A stretch of DNA of 40,286 nucleotides, taken from assembly GCA_004022145.1 (NCBI GenBank), contig RCNU01000018.1. One strand, written 5' to 3'. Of this stretch, positions 1-10,205 are shown piece by piece. The notes below the pieces were generated by a model. The model was given only the letters and a program-made list of their open reading frames with translations, was not told the DNA's origin and did not search any database. The DNA comes from Paecilomyces variotii. Lineage: Eukaryota. The translations under genes were made by a program, and so were the position numbers. The first letter of the stretch is position 1. The number at the start of each line of letters is the position of its first letter.

Positions 1-1791
1 CCCGAAGTTTGAGCCACAGACGATAAGAAGAGGATGTCCTTTTTGGTAGCAGTACCGAGCGATCCCCTCTGATACTGTTGTCTTTCCGGTCCCAGGAGGA
101 CCGGTGATCAGTGTCATGAAACTGCGATAGGAATCCCCTATGGTGAGAGCTGAGCGAATTGCGTCGACTTGTTGAGGATTCCATTTCCGAGTAATTTCGT
201 GCAAGACAGCGTCGGCCGACTGGTCAAGATGTCCCTCACGTGGATAAAGCTTGATAACTTTATTATCATGACCGAGTAGCAACCTCTTGAGTTTGTTGTC
301 CCTGGGTATATTGTAATCACGGTTGCCATACATAGCATAGCGGATTGCAGTACGAATCTGCTTGTATACCGGATTTGGATTCCCAAAAGTCGCCCAACCA
401 GCCAGTTTGAGGATACGCCCCGCAGATTCCAGACGCTGAGGCTGTCTTATTCTGATACATATCATATTCGCTGGTAGCTTTATATCATCCGGAACCTTCG
501 GGGATGCTACCACGACTCCAGTCCACCTGTTCTTATCGCTCACTTGAACATTTGATAAGCTGGGTTTCTGAAGTTGGGATGCACGTCTTCCTTCTGCGAT
601 AACAACCGGGGTCCCTGGTTCCGGGAGAGGAAGCACCTGTTCATCATCCGCAGAGTCACTGGTGACATTAACTCCCAGAACTCCATAGAAATATTCATCT
701 ATGGCAGGCGTTTGGGTTCCGTGGACCAAGGAAACTGGCCATAGATCGAATTCGTAATAACGATTGAATGTTTTGACGTAGTTTCGTTGTTGACAGTTAG
801 CCTCTCGAAGAAGGCCGATTGTTTTGATAGCTTCATACTCCCTCTCGTTGATGAATGTAAGAGGAGCCTGCGGTGTAAAACTGAGTATCTGTTGTGGAGT
901 ATCGAATTTAGGTGGTTGGTTTGGCCAGCCAATTTGTCGCCTGCGATGGTGGAGTTGGATGTTATTATCTGCCAACGTGGGGATGTCTCGGATCACTCCA
1001 AATTCCCCCGTGTGCACCTCGTACGTGCAGTCGTAGAGAGGATACGGGGGCGGCGTCCTCTGGGGCATTGCAGACATCAATCTCCAATTGTCGTACAACC
1101 CAGCACGACCTCGTGTCCTCACATGGACAGATCTCTCGCTTCGAGTAAGATCTCTCAGGCGGTTCAGAGCTCCTATTTGGCTTTCGTGAAATCCAGATAG
1201 TGCCGTCTCTGGCACGTCGAAACCGTAGCATATGGGAGGGGCGTAATGGAACCAGCGGATCTGATGGCAATCCCCATTTATTTGCGCTTGACATGCTTGG
1301 GCACTTTGAGCTATGTGCTGTACGGACTCAAAGGTCACACTGGTCAGCCTTGAAGAAAATGAAATTGACGGGTTGGGTGATTCCTTCGTAGCTGGGTTTC
1401 TCTTGTTATCAAAGCCCTGAGGATTCCAAGCTGTCCAAACCAAGGAGAAAGAGAGATTACGCCTTTCGTCATTCGGGTGTTTCAGTTGAAATGATAAGTG
1501 AAAATGAGGAATCTCGGTCCCGCCGCGGATTGAGAATCTCAAAGTAGCATCCGGGGTAGAAGGAATGAGTAGCCTTCCAGAAAGGTCTGGACCCCCGTAA
1601 GTGATCCCACAGACCATCTCTTCACTGAAAGCTTGGAAGCCGTGGAGGGTGGGTCTTCCACCTCGATGTTGTTGAAGACGTTTCCTGTTTTTCGTGAAGA
1701 GATCTGGAGGAACATTCCATTGCATGTTGTACCAGTTTAGGTTATGTCTGAGTTCTTGGGAAAAATCGATCACCGCAGGTGGTTTGTCCAT
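1..1791 (-). CDS. Upf1/DNA2-NAM7-like superfamily-1 helicase (AAA_11-type), 5' part; gene continues beyond the left edge of the window
   Basis: Hand translation gives an ATG at 1791 (MDKPPAVIDFSQELRHNLNW...), an in-frame stop just upstream at 1818-1816, and 597 codons with no stop down to base 1. The end reads ...WNPQQVDAIRSAL (Q-motif)...TLITGPPGTGKTTV (Walker A)...HPLLIVCGSNFG (motif Ia). It is absent from the ORF track, presumably because it has no stop inside the window. Confidence 0.88.
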   Translation of the reverse strand, partial: MDKPPAVIDFSQELRHNLNWYNMQWNVPPDLFTKNRKRLQQHRGGRPTLHGFQAFSEEMVCGITYGGPDLSGRLLIPSTPDATLRFSIRGGTEIPHFHLSFQLKHPNDERRNLSFSLVWTAWNPQGFDNKRNPATKESPNPSISFSSRLTSVTFESVQHIAQSAQACQAQINGDCHQIRWFHYAPPICYGFDVPETALSGFHESQIGALNRLRDLTRSERSVHVRTRGRAGLYDNWRLMSAMPQRTPPPYPLYDCTYEVHTGEFGVIRDIPTLADNNIQLHHRRRQIGWPNQPPKFDTPQQILSFTPQAPLTFINEREYEAIKTIGLLREANCQQRNYVKTFNRYYEFDLWPVSLVHGTQTPAIDEYFYGVLGVNVTSDSADDEQVLPLPEPGTPVVIAEGRRASQLQKPSLSNVQVSDKNRWTGVVVASPKVPDDIKLPANMICIRIRQPQRLESAGRILKLAGWATFGNPNPVYKQIRTAIRYAMYGNRDYNIPRDNKLKRLLLGHDNKVIKLYPREGHLDQSADAVLHEITRKWNPQQVDAIRSALTIGDSYRSFMTLITGPPGTGKTTVSEGIARYCYQKGHPLLIVCGSNFG

Positions 1792-2655
1792 TATGTTGAT
1801 GTGGAAGTGGGGAGTTCACGGTCCATAAGATAGGAGAGGGGAGGAATGGGAAGAGAGAGGGAGGGGTCGAGCAAAGGTTTTAAAGCAACGGCTTTGGATA
1901 ATGAAGCGAGGAAGAAGGGAACAAGAGAAAGTGAAGTATTGGAAGGGGAAAGAGATGGCAATTCCCTACAGTTGGGATTTCAGGGAATCAGAGGTAAGTG
2001 GAATAAATAGATCAAGATTTGGACACGGAAACAAAGGAAGATGCTGAGTTATCTGGGACGGCCAGATTGTGAGAATCTGGGACCACGGAAGCAAAGATAT
2101 CGGAAGAGCGTTTGATACGAGAATAGGATCTTGATTGCTTGAAGAATTAGATTACACTGGAATCTCTCAGCTATTTATGCCTATAGATTCTGTCCTGAAT
2201 TCTGCCGCCTAGATCACTGCCTTTGACACTGTTTCAGAGCGTTTGCTGATTCCGACATGTTTGCTTTGATCCTATATTGGTGGATCAAGGTGGCTTCTCG
2301 TTGTACCTACCACTTTACCCCACAAAGAAACAAGAGACTAGCATAAGCCAGCGAGAGAATAAAGAACATAAACGCCCAAAAGTTTGCTGCGTCTTTGAGC
2401 TTCTGGCTAAGCTGCGCCAAGAGCCAACTTTGCAGTGCGTAGGTAGGCAGCCATTATTCCACATATGAGTGGTTTTGTTTCCCAAGCATCGTTAGTAGTT
2501 CAGTGCGGCTCGGGCGGTTCAGCGCCTTCCCTTCTAAGAGGAACACAATCGAATCTGCTACGTAGATCTTCGGCAAAGCTAACCTGAGCTCTCGTTCTCC
2601 TACCTACCACCAAGCTGAATACCTCACCCGACTATCCTACTATTCTTTATTCAAT

Positions 2656-3009
2656 ATGAATCCTACTACTACTGCTGCTGCTCCTGCTGCTGATCTGACT
2701 ATTGCTCCTACTACCCCCGCTCCTAATCGGTTTTTGGTCCCATTTGAATATCTACTCGAGGATTCAAGCTTAAAGGAACACGCCCCTTGCGCTTCCCATC
2801 TGACCCGCGGTCAACGCCGCAATGTTCAATTAATGCCAAGACCGGGCTATACTTATAAGCAAATATCCCGTGAGCTTGGTATTACTATACCTACGCTAAG
2901 TTCATTTACCTGCCAGCTGGAACCCTCTACTCCGCAAAAACCTCCCGGATGCCCGTCTATATTATCTAGCAGTAGTATAATATCTTATGGACTGATAAAA
3001 CGTGGGTAA
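2656..3009 (+). mobile_element. Tc1/mariner-type transposase N-terminal HTH fragment (degenerate)
   Basis: The ORF contains HLTRGQRRNVQLM...GYTYKQISRELGIT...TPQKPPGCPSILS, resembling the LTRDQR...G.TY.QI...TP.K..GRP..L pattern of fungal Tc1-like transposases. No DDE domain or TIRs were found. Confidence 0.6.
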
Positions 3010-3242
3010 TTACGAAACGGCATACTAGAACCTGGATGACTAGATGTTTTCATAAGGCTCTAAATCTTACCTATATCGCGGAGCGGCATCTAATGAAAAT
3101 TGGTTGGATCAAGATTAGAGGCCCAAGAGCAATCGGGCTGGAGTCACTTTCATACTTTCGGTATGAAAACCGCCAGCATAGCTACAAGCTGTCGGTGCTC
3201 ACTGCTTATTCGGAGGCGAGCTGCAAACGGCTTGTACTACTC

Positions 3243-3526
3243 TGCTGAAAGAGAGGTAGGATAAGCAACGTGAAGCCACCTAAAGCCACCTAAAGCCACC
3301 AATATAGGATCAAAGGAGACACGCCGGAATAGGCAATTGCTTGTGATCAGGGGCGGAGGCAGTGCTCCAGTCAGCGGGTATTCATGATGAAGTCCACGAG
3401 CACACATAGCTGATAGATTCCGGTATCCTTTAGTTCTCTAAGCGATCCAATATACATTCCCGTGTCATATGCTTTTTCTAAGTCTCTGCTTCCGTGATCT
3501 TAGATCTCTACAGGTTATGAGCCCGG
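3243..3526 (+). mobile_element. Putative Ty1/copia 5' LTR (~3243-3512) plus primer-binding site; remnant
   Basis: ...CTCTACA (ends 3512) is followed immediately by GGTTATGAGCCCGG, the typical fungal copia PBS. A candidate TG start (TGCTGAAA) at 3243 gives a ~270-bp LTR. The left boundary is uncertain, and no second LTR or pol motifs were seen. Confidence 0.55.
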
Positions 3527-4433
3527 AGACTCACGCTTGAGCATTCTGGTATTCAAACCAAGACCTCTGTCGAAGCACGTTAAGTCTTATCCTTCCTTAT
3601 TCGTTGCCCTACCTCTGTTACCTTGTGATCAACATCCTCAACCCGAACGAGCGGCTAAGATAGCCAGACGAGCGGCCAAGAGTGCCATGCTACGAGAAGC
3701 CAATATGACACCACCTTCGTACGAATCAGTTGCGCAAAGACGCCGAAGGATCCATGAGAGATCGATGATCGACGATAATGATAGTATACCCACTGATGAG
3801 CACCAGAGATCAACCGACAGATACCAGCGACGCAAGCCAACCATATCGAGTTATGATTATCCAAGAAGGATCAGAAGTTAGAGCGAATGCTACGGACTAG
3901 GCGGTCGGATGGAGATCGCTAGAATGGACTCATGTGATAGGGAGGAAAGGCTTCATGTTTTCAATTTGGGATTGAGCGAATGAGCTAGATATGCTCATTA
4001 AAGATAGGTTTTTGGATGAGGCAGAACGCGCTAAGCCAAGCCCCGGATAGCTTCAGATTTTCCTGTCTTGGAAAGACCACTGAGCTAGATGACTGTCAGC
4101 TCAAGAGGTGTGTCGGCGTATAAAGCAAACGTCAGGTGATCTGCAATCATCTGTTACACCAAGTTCCCGCATGGAATTGGATCGAACCTTCTGGATTACT
4201 AGATTACTAGGATCTAGATTCTTTGTATACTAGAGATAAATCTGGGATCAAATCCCCCCTAGACCTAGAGTCAAGCAAGCAATTCAGATCCTGCTTCCAG
4301 ATAACAGCATTGGTCATAATCAACAGTGAAAATGGAAGGTGCGCAGGGTGCCCGCCTTCGCCGCAGTCGAGTCTCGTACCTTGAGTATGCCTGGCAGAGA
4401 CTTTGCCATGTTCTTGACCACTTGGGCCGAGTA

Positions 4434-5311
4434 GGTATATTATAATCACGGTTGCCATATATAGCATAGCGGATTGCAGTATGAATCTGCTTGTTTACTG
4501 GATTTGGATTTCTAAAATATGCCCAACCAGCCAATTTGAGGATATATCCCGCAGATTCCAGACGCCGAGGCTGTGTCTTATTTTGGAGGTTGATGCATTG
4601 TCGTGATTTCGGTTTTAGGAAGTGGGATCCTTCGTGTATCTCTATATGCGTTCGTAGATTGTCTGTGGCGCTATATCTCTTCTGAGCAGTTGGAAATTAG
4701 TCAGAAAGCACCTCTAAAGTGGTTATCATAGAATCTCTTACTGTGGCCTTGGAGCAATACCCGATTTTGCAAATCACCAGATAATTGAAAGCCAAGAGGA
4801 ACCTTTTCCGCCTTCTTTCTGCAAACATCAGAGCATCCGTTACTGCATGCCCTTGATATGAAAGCCAGTTCGCTTTCTTGACCCGGCACTTAGAAGCTCC
4901 ATCGGATGTGTTTTCAAATGGTCCGTTTTGAATGAATGTATCAATTCTTTCTCGAATTGCCCATAACTTCTCACGATCCATCCTGAGCTTAGAGATCAGT
5001 ATATTATGTTCTTGGAACTCTTCGTGTTCGACTTTACTATATTTCAAGTCATTTATCTCTTTCTCAATATTGACTTCGGCGTGCTCCAAGTCATTTTTCT
5101 TCTTCTCCATAGTATACAGTCCCACAGACCATCTGAAGGTTTGGAACCCGTGGTGTGGGAGGCAACTCTTCCACGTCGATGTTGTTGAAGACGTTTCCTG
5201 TTATATTCTGTGCGAAGAGATCTGGAGGAACATTCCATTGCTTATTGTACCAGCTTAGGTTATTGCCTAAGTTCCTGGAAAAAAATCGATCACCGCAGGT
5301 GGTTTGTCAAT
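4434..5311 (-). pseudogene. Decayed paralog of the SF1 helicase gene
   Basis: 5120-5311 matches 1605-1791, with ATG changed to ATT at 5311 and indels. 4434-4582 matches 305-451, with a 2-bp insertion. The ~1.15 kb between these blocks in the intact copy is replaced by ~540 bp of unrelated sequence, and homology stops at 4434, before the helicase motifs. Confidence 0.8.
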
Positions 5312-5684
5312 TATATTGATGTGGAGTGGAGAGGAAACAGTCTATAAGGATGGCGCTATTGAGGCATGGCTTTATATATACCTTTGTAGCTATTTCAAAT
5401 AAGGTAGGGCCGTGAGGGCCTCCCCTATTCTCTATAGCTGGAGATTATAGAGAGGAGGAATGAGAAGAGAGAGAGAGGGAGGGGGGAAGCCAAGGGTATT
5501 AAATATCAACGACTTTGGAGAATAAAGCGGGGAAGAAGAAGGGAATAAGAGAGGCGTGAAGTATAGAAATTAAAAAAAAAAAAAAGATGGCAATTCCCTA
5601 CAGTTTGGATTTCAGGGAATCAGAGGCAAGTGAAATATGACAAAGATCTGGCCACGGAAGCAAAGGAAGATGCTGAGCTATCTG
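5120..5684. repeat. Direct-repeat copy of 1605-2055 (helicase 5' end plus upstream region)
   Basis: Shared blocks include ATCGATCACCGCAGGTGGTTTGTC, AGATGGCAATTCCCTACAGTT, GGATTTCAGGGAATCAGAGG and CAAAGGAAGATGCTGAG. This copy has an extra ~110 bp near 5330-5445. Confidence 0.9.
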
Positions 5685-6105
5685 AAACTACCTGGCTCTA
5701 TCACCTATTTATGCATGAATATGGATAATCAAGCCTTTGCTATCTCCACAAGCAATCCTTCACATCTGGATTATTCATAATTATCTCTGCATAGGGAATC
5801 GGTATCCTTTCACGGCTCCATTATCGCTGCGGGAAAGGAAAAGGCCTTTCCAGTTTTGCACCCTTCTTTCACTACAGCTTTTCTAATGACCTTTTTTATT
5901 ACTATCAGCAATGAGAACCTTGACCATAGTGAAGTATGCAGTTGTGGGCTTTGTACGGTCATGGTCGACTGTCATGAAGGATTTCTGTTTTTTAGGACTG
6001 ACTCTATCTGACCCGAGTATAGGAGAAAGAGCTTCTTGAACCATGCATTACCTTAGCAGTCCCTAATATCTCGTTGCAGAACGAACACCCACTAAGCCGT
6101 ATATG

Positions 6106-6110
6106 AAAAA

Positions 6111-6141
<31 letters not shown>
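6106..6141. repeat. Poly(A) tract (36 nt, one G)
   Basis: Directly visible. The homologous position in the first copy (~3096) has only AAAA. Confidence 0.9.
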
Positions 6142-6151
6142 TTGTGTCTGA

Positions 6152-6225
6152 TGGATCAAAATTAGAGGCCGAAGAGCAATCGGGCTGGAGCCACTTTCTA
6201 TAAAAACCGCCAGTATAGCTACAAA
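6152..6225. repeat. Direct-repeat copy of 3105-3187
   Basis: TGGATCAARATTAGAGGCCSAAGAGCAATCGGGCTGGAGYCACTTTC...AAAACCGCCAGYATAGCTACAA is present at both sites. Confidence 0.9.
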
Positions 6226-9200
6226 CCCACAGCCTGCAGCACGCATAGCGAAGCAAAGAGACCTAAGTAATCATATCAAACTAGACAGAAATCAAACAAA
6301 TAGAAATCGGAACAAGAACACCACTATACGACCTCTCGAGGATAGTAGATGCAGGAAAGAAAAGAAAAATCAATATTTCTCTTCACATGCTCTCCTCATC
6401 AAACTCTCAAAATCTCAGACCTCGAGAATACCTAGATAGCCTCAACTCCCGAGGCGCGGAGACTCCGAAACATGTGACGAGGTCGCACTGCGTGGCCGTA
6501 CGATGTCGCGTCGTACCGTATCGGAATAGATATGCAACGGCGGATGGCATATCTGGATCTATCTACTAGTTAACTAATAGTTAGTACTCTAGTTACATGT
6601 AAATCATACATACATGCATGAGAGCACGGCGTGTACATATGTACCGTGTACGGTATATTATTAAAGCAAGCGTGCGTGGACTCCGAACGGAGATAGTAGT
6701 AGTTAATAATAGAACATAAGTTGTGCAATTGTGAAATCAGCACGTTATGATTCGATATAATCGAGATTCAAGGTATCCCGGTTATGCATACATGATGATC
6801 GAGAATGTGTATGGATGGCGGCTCTAGATATCTAATTATATAATCCTTCCATGACAGAGTAGTTAGACTACGCACTAAAAATATTTCTCGGGCACGCGAA
6901 GCTTGGAGATGAAGATGCTTGATTCTCCTAAGATCGAGCTCTGAAGCTCTAAGCTATCTAAGCTATCTAAACTCTCTGTGCGAAGCACTAGACCTAAAGC
7001 GGAAGGAGGCAGGCGATATCCGCCTGGCCTACAGGCCCAAAAATATTCCTTATCTGACTCGTGATTTTCTCGAATCCGAAGCCTTTTTTTTTCTAGAACA
7101 CCCCTGGGGACAATTAAGTTTTGAGAGAGGGGTATCTAGAGTGCGCTTTTCTGGCGGAAGTTGCCGGTTCAAAATGATCGACGAATCTATATCGAATTGA
7201 GTATTATGTCCGATCGGAGGAACAGCGCGAAAAAGGAAAAAGGTCAGAAGGTTAGAAGAACGCAAGAGAAGGAAGGGAAAAAAGGTAAAAATAAGCATGG
7301 ACCAGGGGGACTAAGTAAGTTACGCTTTCTTTTTTTGGTTTTGTTTTTATCTAGCCTAATTTTTTTATCTTGTTTTCGTTCTGGTCTAGATCGTGATGCC
7401 CTCATCCAGGCAGGCCCAGCTAACTAACATACTTACTCTCCGGTCTCCCCGGACAGAATGGAACATGCAGTTGAGATCTTGAGAGATCGGCATTTTTTTC
7501 TGGAAGTTTTCTGTTGACTTCATTCAGGTATTAACTGTTGCATGTTGCTCGGCTGGTTTTGTTTTCTCTTCTGCCGTCCCTTGCTTTGTCCCGAAGCAAC
7601 ATAGTGGGATCTATTGATTATGTCCGTATAGTCGTCTGACTTCCTGGGTGTCTTTGAATGGAATGAGAATTTTTTTACTACTTTTGGGGACCGATGCGTT
7701 TTTCTCTTGTGTAATATGGAACAAAAAATGCACTTCCCGCTGTTCGGATAAGCGGTAAAAGTAAGAGATCTAACTCGCAGGTGAGATGGTTTCGTGCTTA
7801 TGAATAGAATCACCCGAGCATGTAGGAGCGGCTCTGTACGCTCTTGTGTGCTCATCTATTAATGTAAAGTTCCATCCCCCGGTAAGTCTAACCTGTATCG
7901 CAGTGAGGAACACATGTTGTGCTGGGACCACATCAGCATACATATACTATCTATTATTAATACGATAAGTCTCAGCATACCGTGACATCGCGCGAGCAGT
8001 TCACGATCTGGCACATGATGTGCAAGGTCACCCGAGTCTCTCCCTGCGGCTCTGTAACGGATTACTCCGTAGTTACATTACAATGGACGGATGTCTCGCA
8101 GTCGGAAACTCGAGGGAGCCTTATTATTAGACTATGCTACGAGGATCTCGTGGCTTGACGTAACCCATACCTTCTATTCTGCAGGGATTTTGTTGGATGT
8201 AGTTTAGATAGTCGAGGCGGCCGTGGGGACTATCTAGACGCCGAGAAACCATTCCAGATCGCTGTGGAAGATGTTTCACGGCGAACTTTCGAACGCTTCG
8301 GTGGATCTTCCCTTTCATCTTATCCGTACTTCGCGAATCATACCATTTGAAGCGTTATTACTTGTTCGACCGAATCTGAATCAGGGGCCGCATATCGGAC
8401 GATCATAATGTGACGGAGCCTCGGGAGATCTACCCGACAACATGTGTCTTAAGTCTTGAAACGCGCCAATTACCATGTGGAGCACTGATTCTAGTTTAAA
8501 TTGAGTCTGTTGATAACTTGATTCCTCTATCGCAGCTTCGCGCAGAGCGAGGCTTTGTGGGACTCCCGAACCATGTACGGGTACGGAGTACTTCGTATAC
8601 CGGACAAATATCCTGATAAGTAGCACGCATACAATGCGGGTATCATTGAACCGTTCGCTTGGTCTAGTCACGTTGGTGGTTGCAACATGGCTGGAGTGAA
8701 CTTTGTACTCCTGTAACGCATCGTCTCCAGAGCCTTGCGTACTGCTGCGATAGCACAAGAAAGGCTGACTTACTGCTGCTTTCCAACCCCGTACATGGCA
8801 TGCGAGCTGTCAGATTTCTCCGTGCGGAATTAGCGCGTGTAACGGTGACATGATACAGAAATAATTAATGAGATTCTCCCGATTGTATCTTTTCGTCCAA
8901 TCCTGTGTGTAACAGTCCTGCGGAGTCTTGTGTCACGGTCTTCTGCCAGGTCCCGGGGTCGGGATCGACAGGTCGGTTCCTCGGATCGTGGATAACAACC
9001 AGAACTGTATCTAGATAGATAGAGGCTTCGCTCTTGCCTAGGTCAAAATCAAGTCGAATCACCTGTCTCTCGAATAACATAAAGTTCCACTCAAGCGTCT
9101 CATCTCACCTTCCTAGGACAAGGTCTGATTTGCTCTCAGTGCTCTACGTCACAAGACTCGACATCTTTCTGCCCAATTGCGGCGAAATCGCTCAGGTATC

Positions 9201-10205
9201 AGATCACACAGGACAATCCCGAAGGTGGCTCTTCGAGGACAGCTGAATGATAATCTGCAGGTTGCTCAGTAGCGAACGAACCAATCTGGAAACCCCGGCC
9301 GCTGATGCTGTCAAACCCGACGACTCGGTCATATATTGTGTGCTACCGGCCTCCCCGACGTTCGTCTGGCCCCTTGGTTGCGTCTATCGCCAAGCAGGTC
9401 TATGTTTATTTCCGCGGGCAGAATCTTTTGGAAAACTTACGATGCTAGTGACTTTCTGGCTTGTGGCAACCCATCTGGCCTGTCTCACGTCGCCAGCCCT
9501 CATGCCATTCACAAAACGATATATGTATCGTCGCGGGAAATAGCCACGAGGTCCCCACCATGGTCAGAGAGCAACCCTGCAGATTCTGCATGCGGTCTTG
9601 TCCAGGTATATTGTGGCGGTGGTATCGTAGTATATCTCTGGCGTCTTTTGTCGGAAAAGAGTAGAAAATGACCAGCACAGAGCTTGAAAACTTCATCTTG
9701 ATAGCGCAGAATCCACCCAGCGGATCAATGGAACGGTCTAACCGTCGAGGCGCATAATATACATATCGTTCCTTTTGGAGACTTAGGAAAAATTAGATAG
9801 GACGAATCGACGACAGGTGGGGGCCGCGAGCACAGAGACATTCTCAACACACAGTAATCCATGAAATCATGCAAAGGAAATTGACCGCCCACACGAAATG
9901 GTGGGACGTAAACGAGTGGACAGTACCGCATCTGCGGAACCTGTAAACAAACAAAGGAGATATTATATAAAAGACATCCTTTTTGACCCGTCCAAGAGCG
10001 TGTTCCCGAAAAGGGGTATCATGACTGGAATACAAAAAAAAAATCAATGGAACACGACCCAACAAAGGAAACAGCGAGTACTGATTAGGAATTAGTCCTT
10101 GTAGATCCAGCTACTAGCGAGTCAGTTGCAACGAGAGATATCACTCCGGGAGTCCTTCAGGTCATCATGGCATGCACATCCAGGCCCTGTATACAGGGAA
10201 AAATT

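Noticed and set aside
138..1391. ORF-track entries within 138-1391
   Set aside because: All are alternate-frame or antisense shadows of the 1791-to-edge helicase frame.
3273..3300. AAGCCACCTA x~3 as a CRISPR-like or iteron array
   Set aside because: It has no spacers and the context is eukaryotic. It is a short tandem repeat inside a putative LTR.
6250..10100. Numerous 60-125 aa ORFs; possible Starship or other large-element boundary
   Set aside because: There are no recognisable domains or coherent splice models, no tyrosine-recombinase captain, and no definable terminal repeats in the window.
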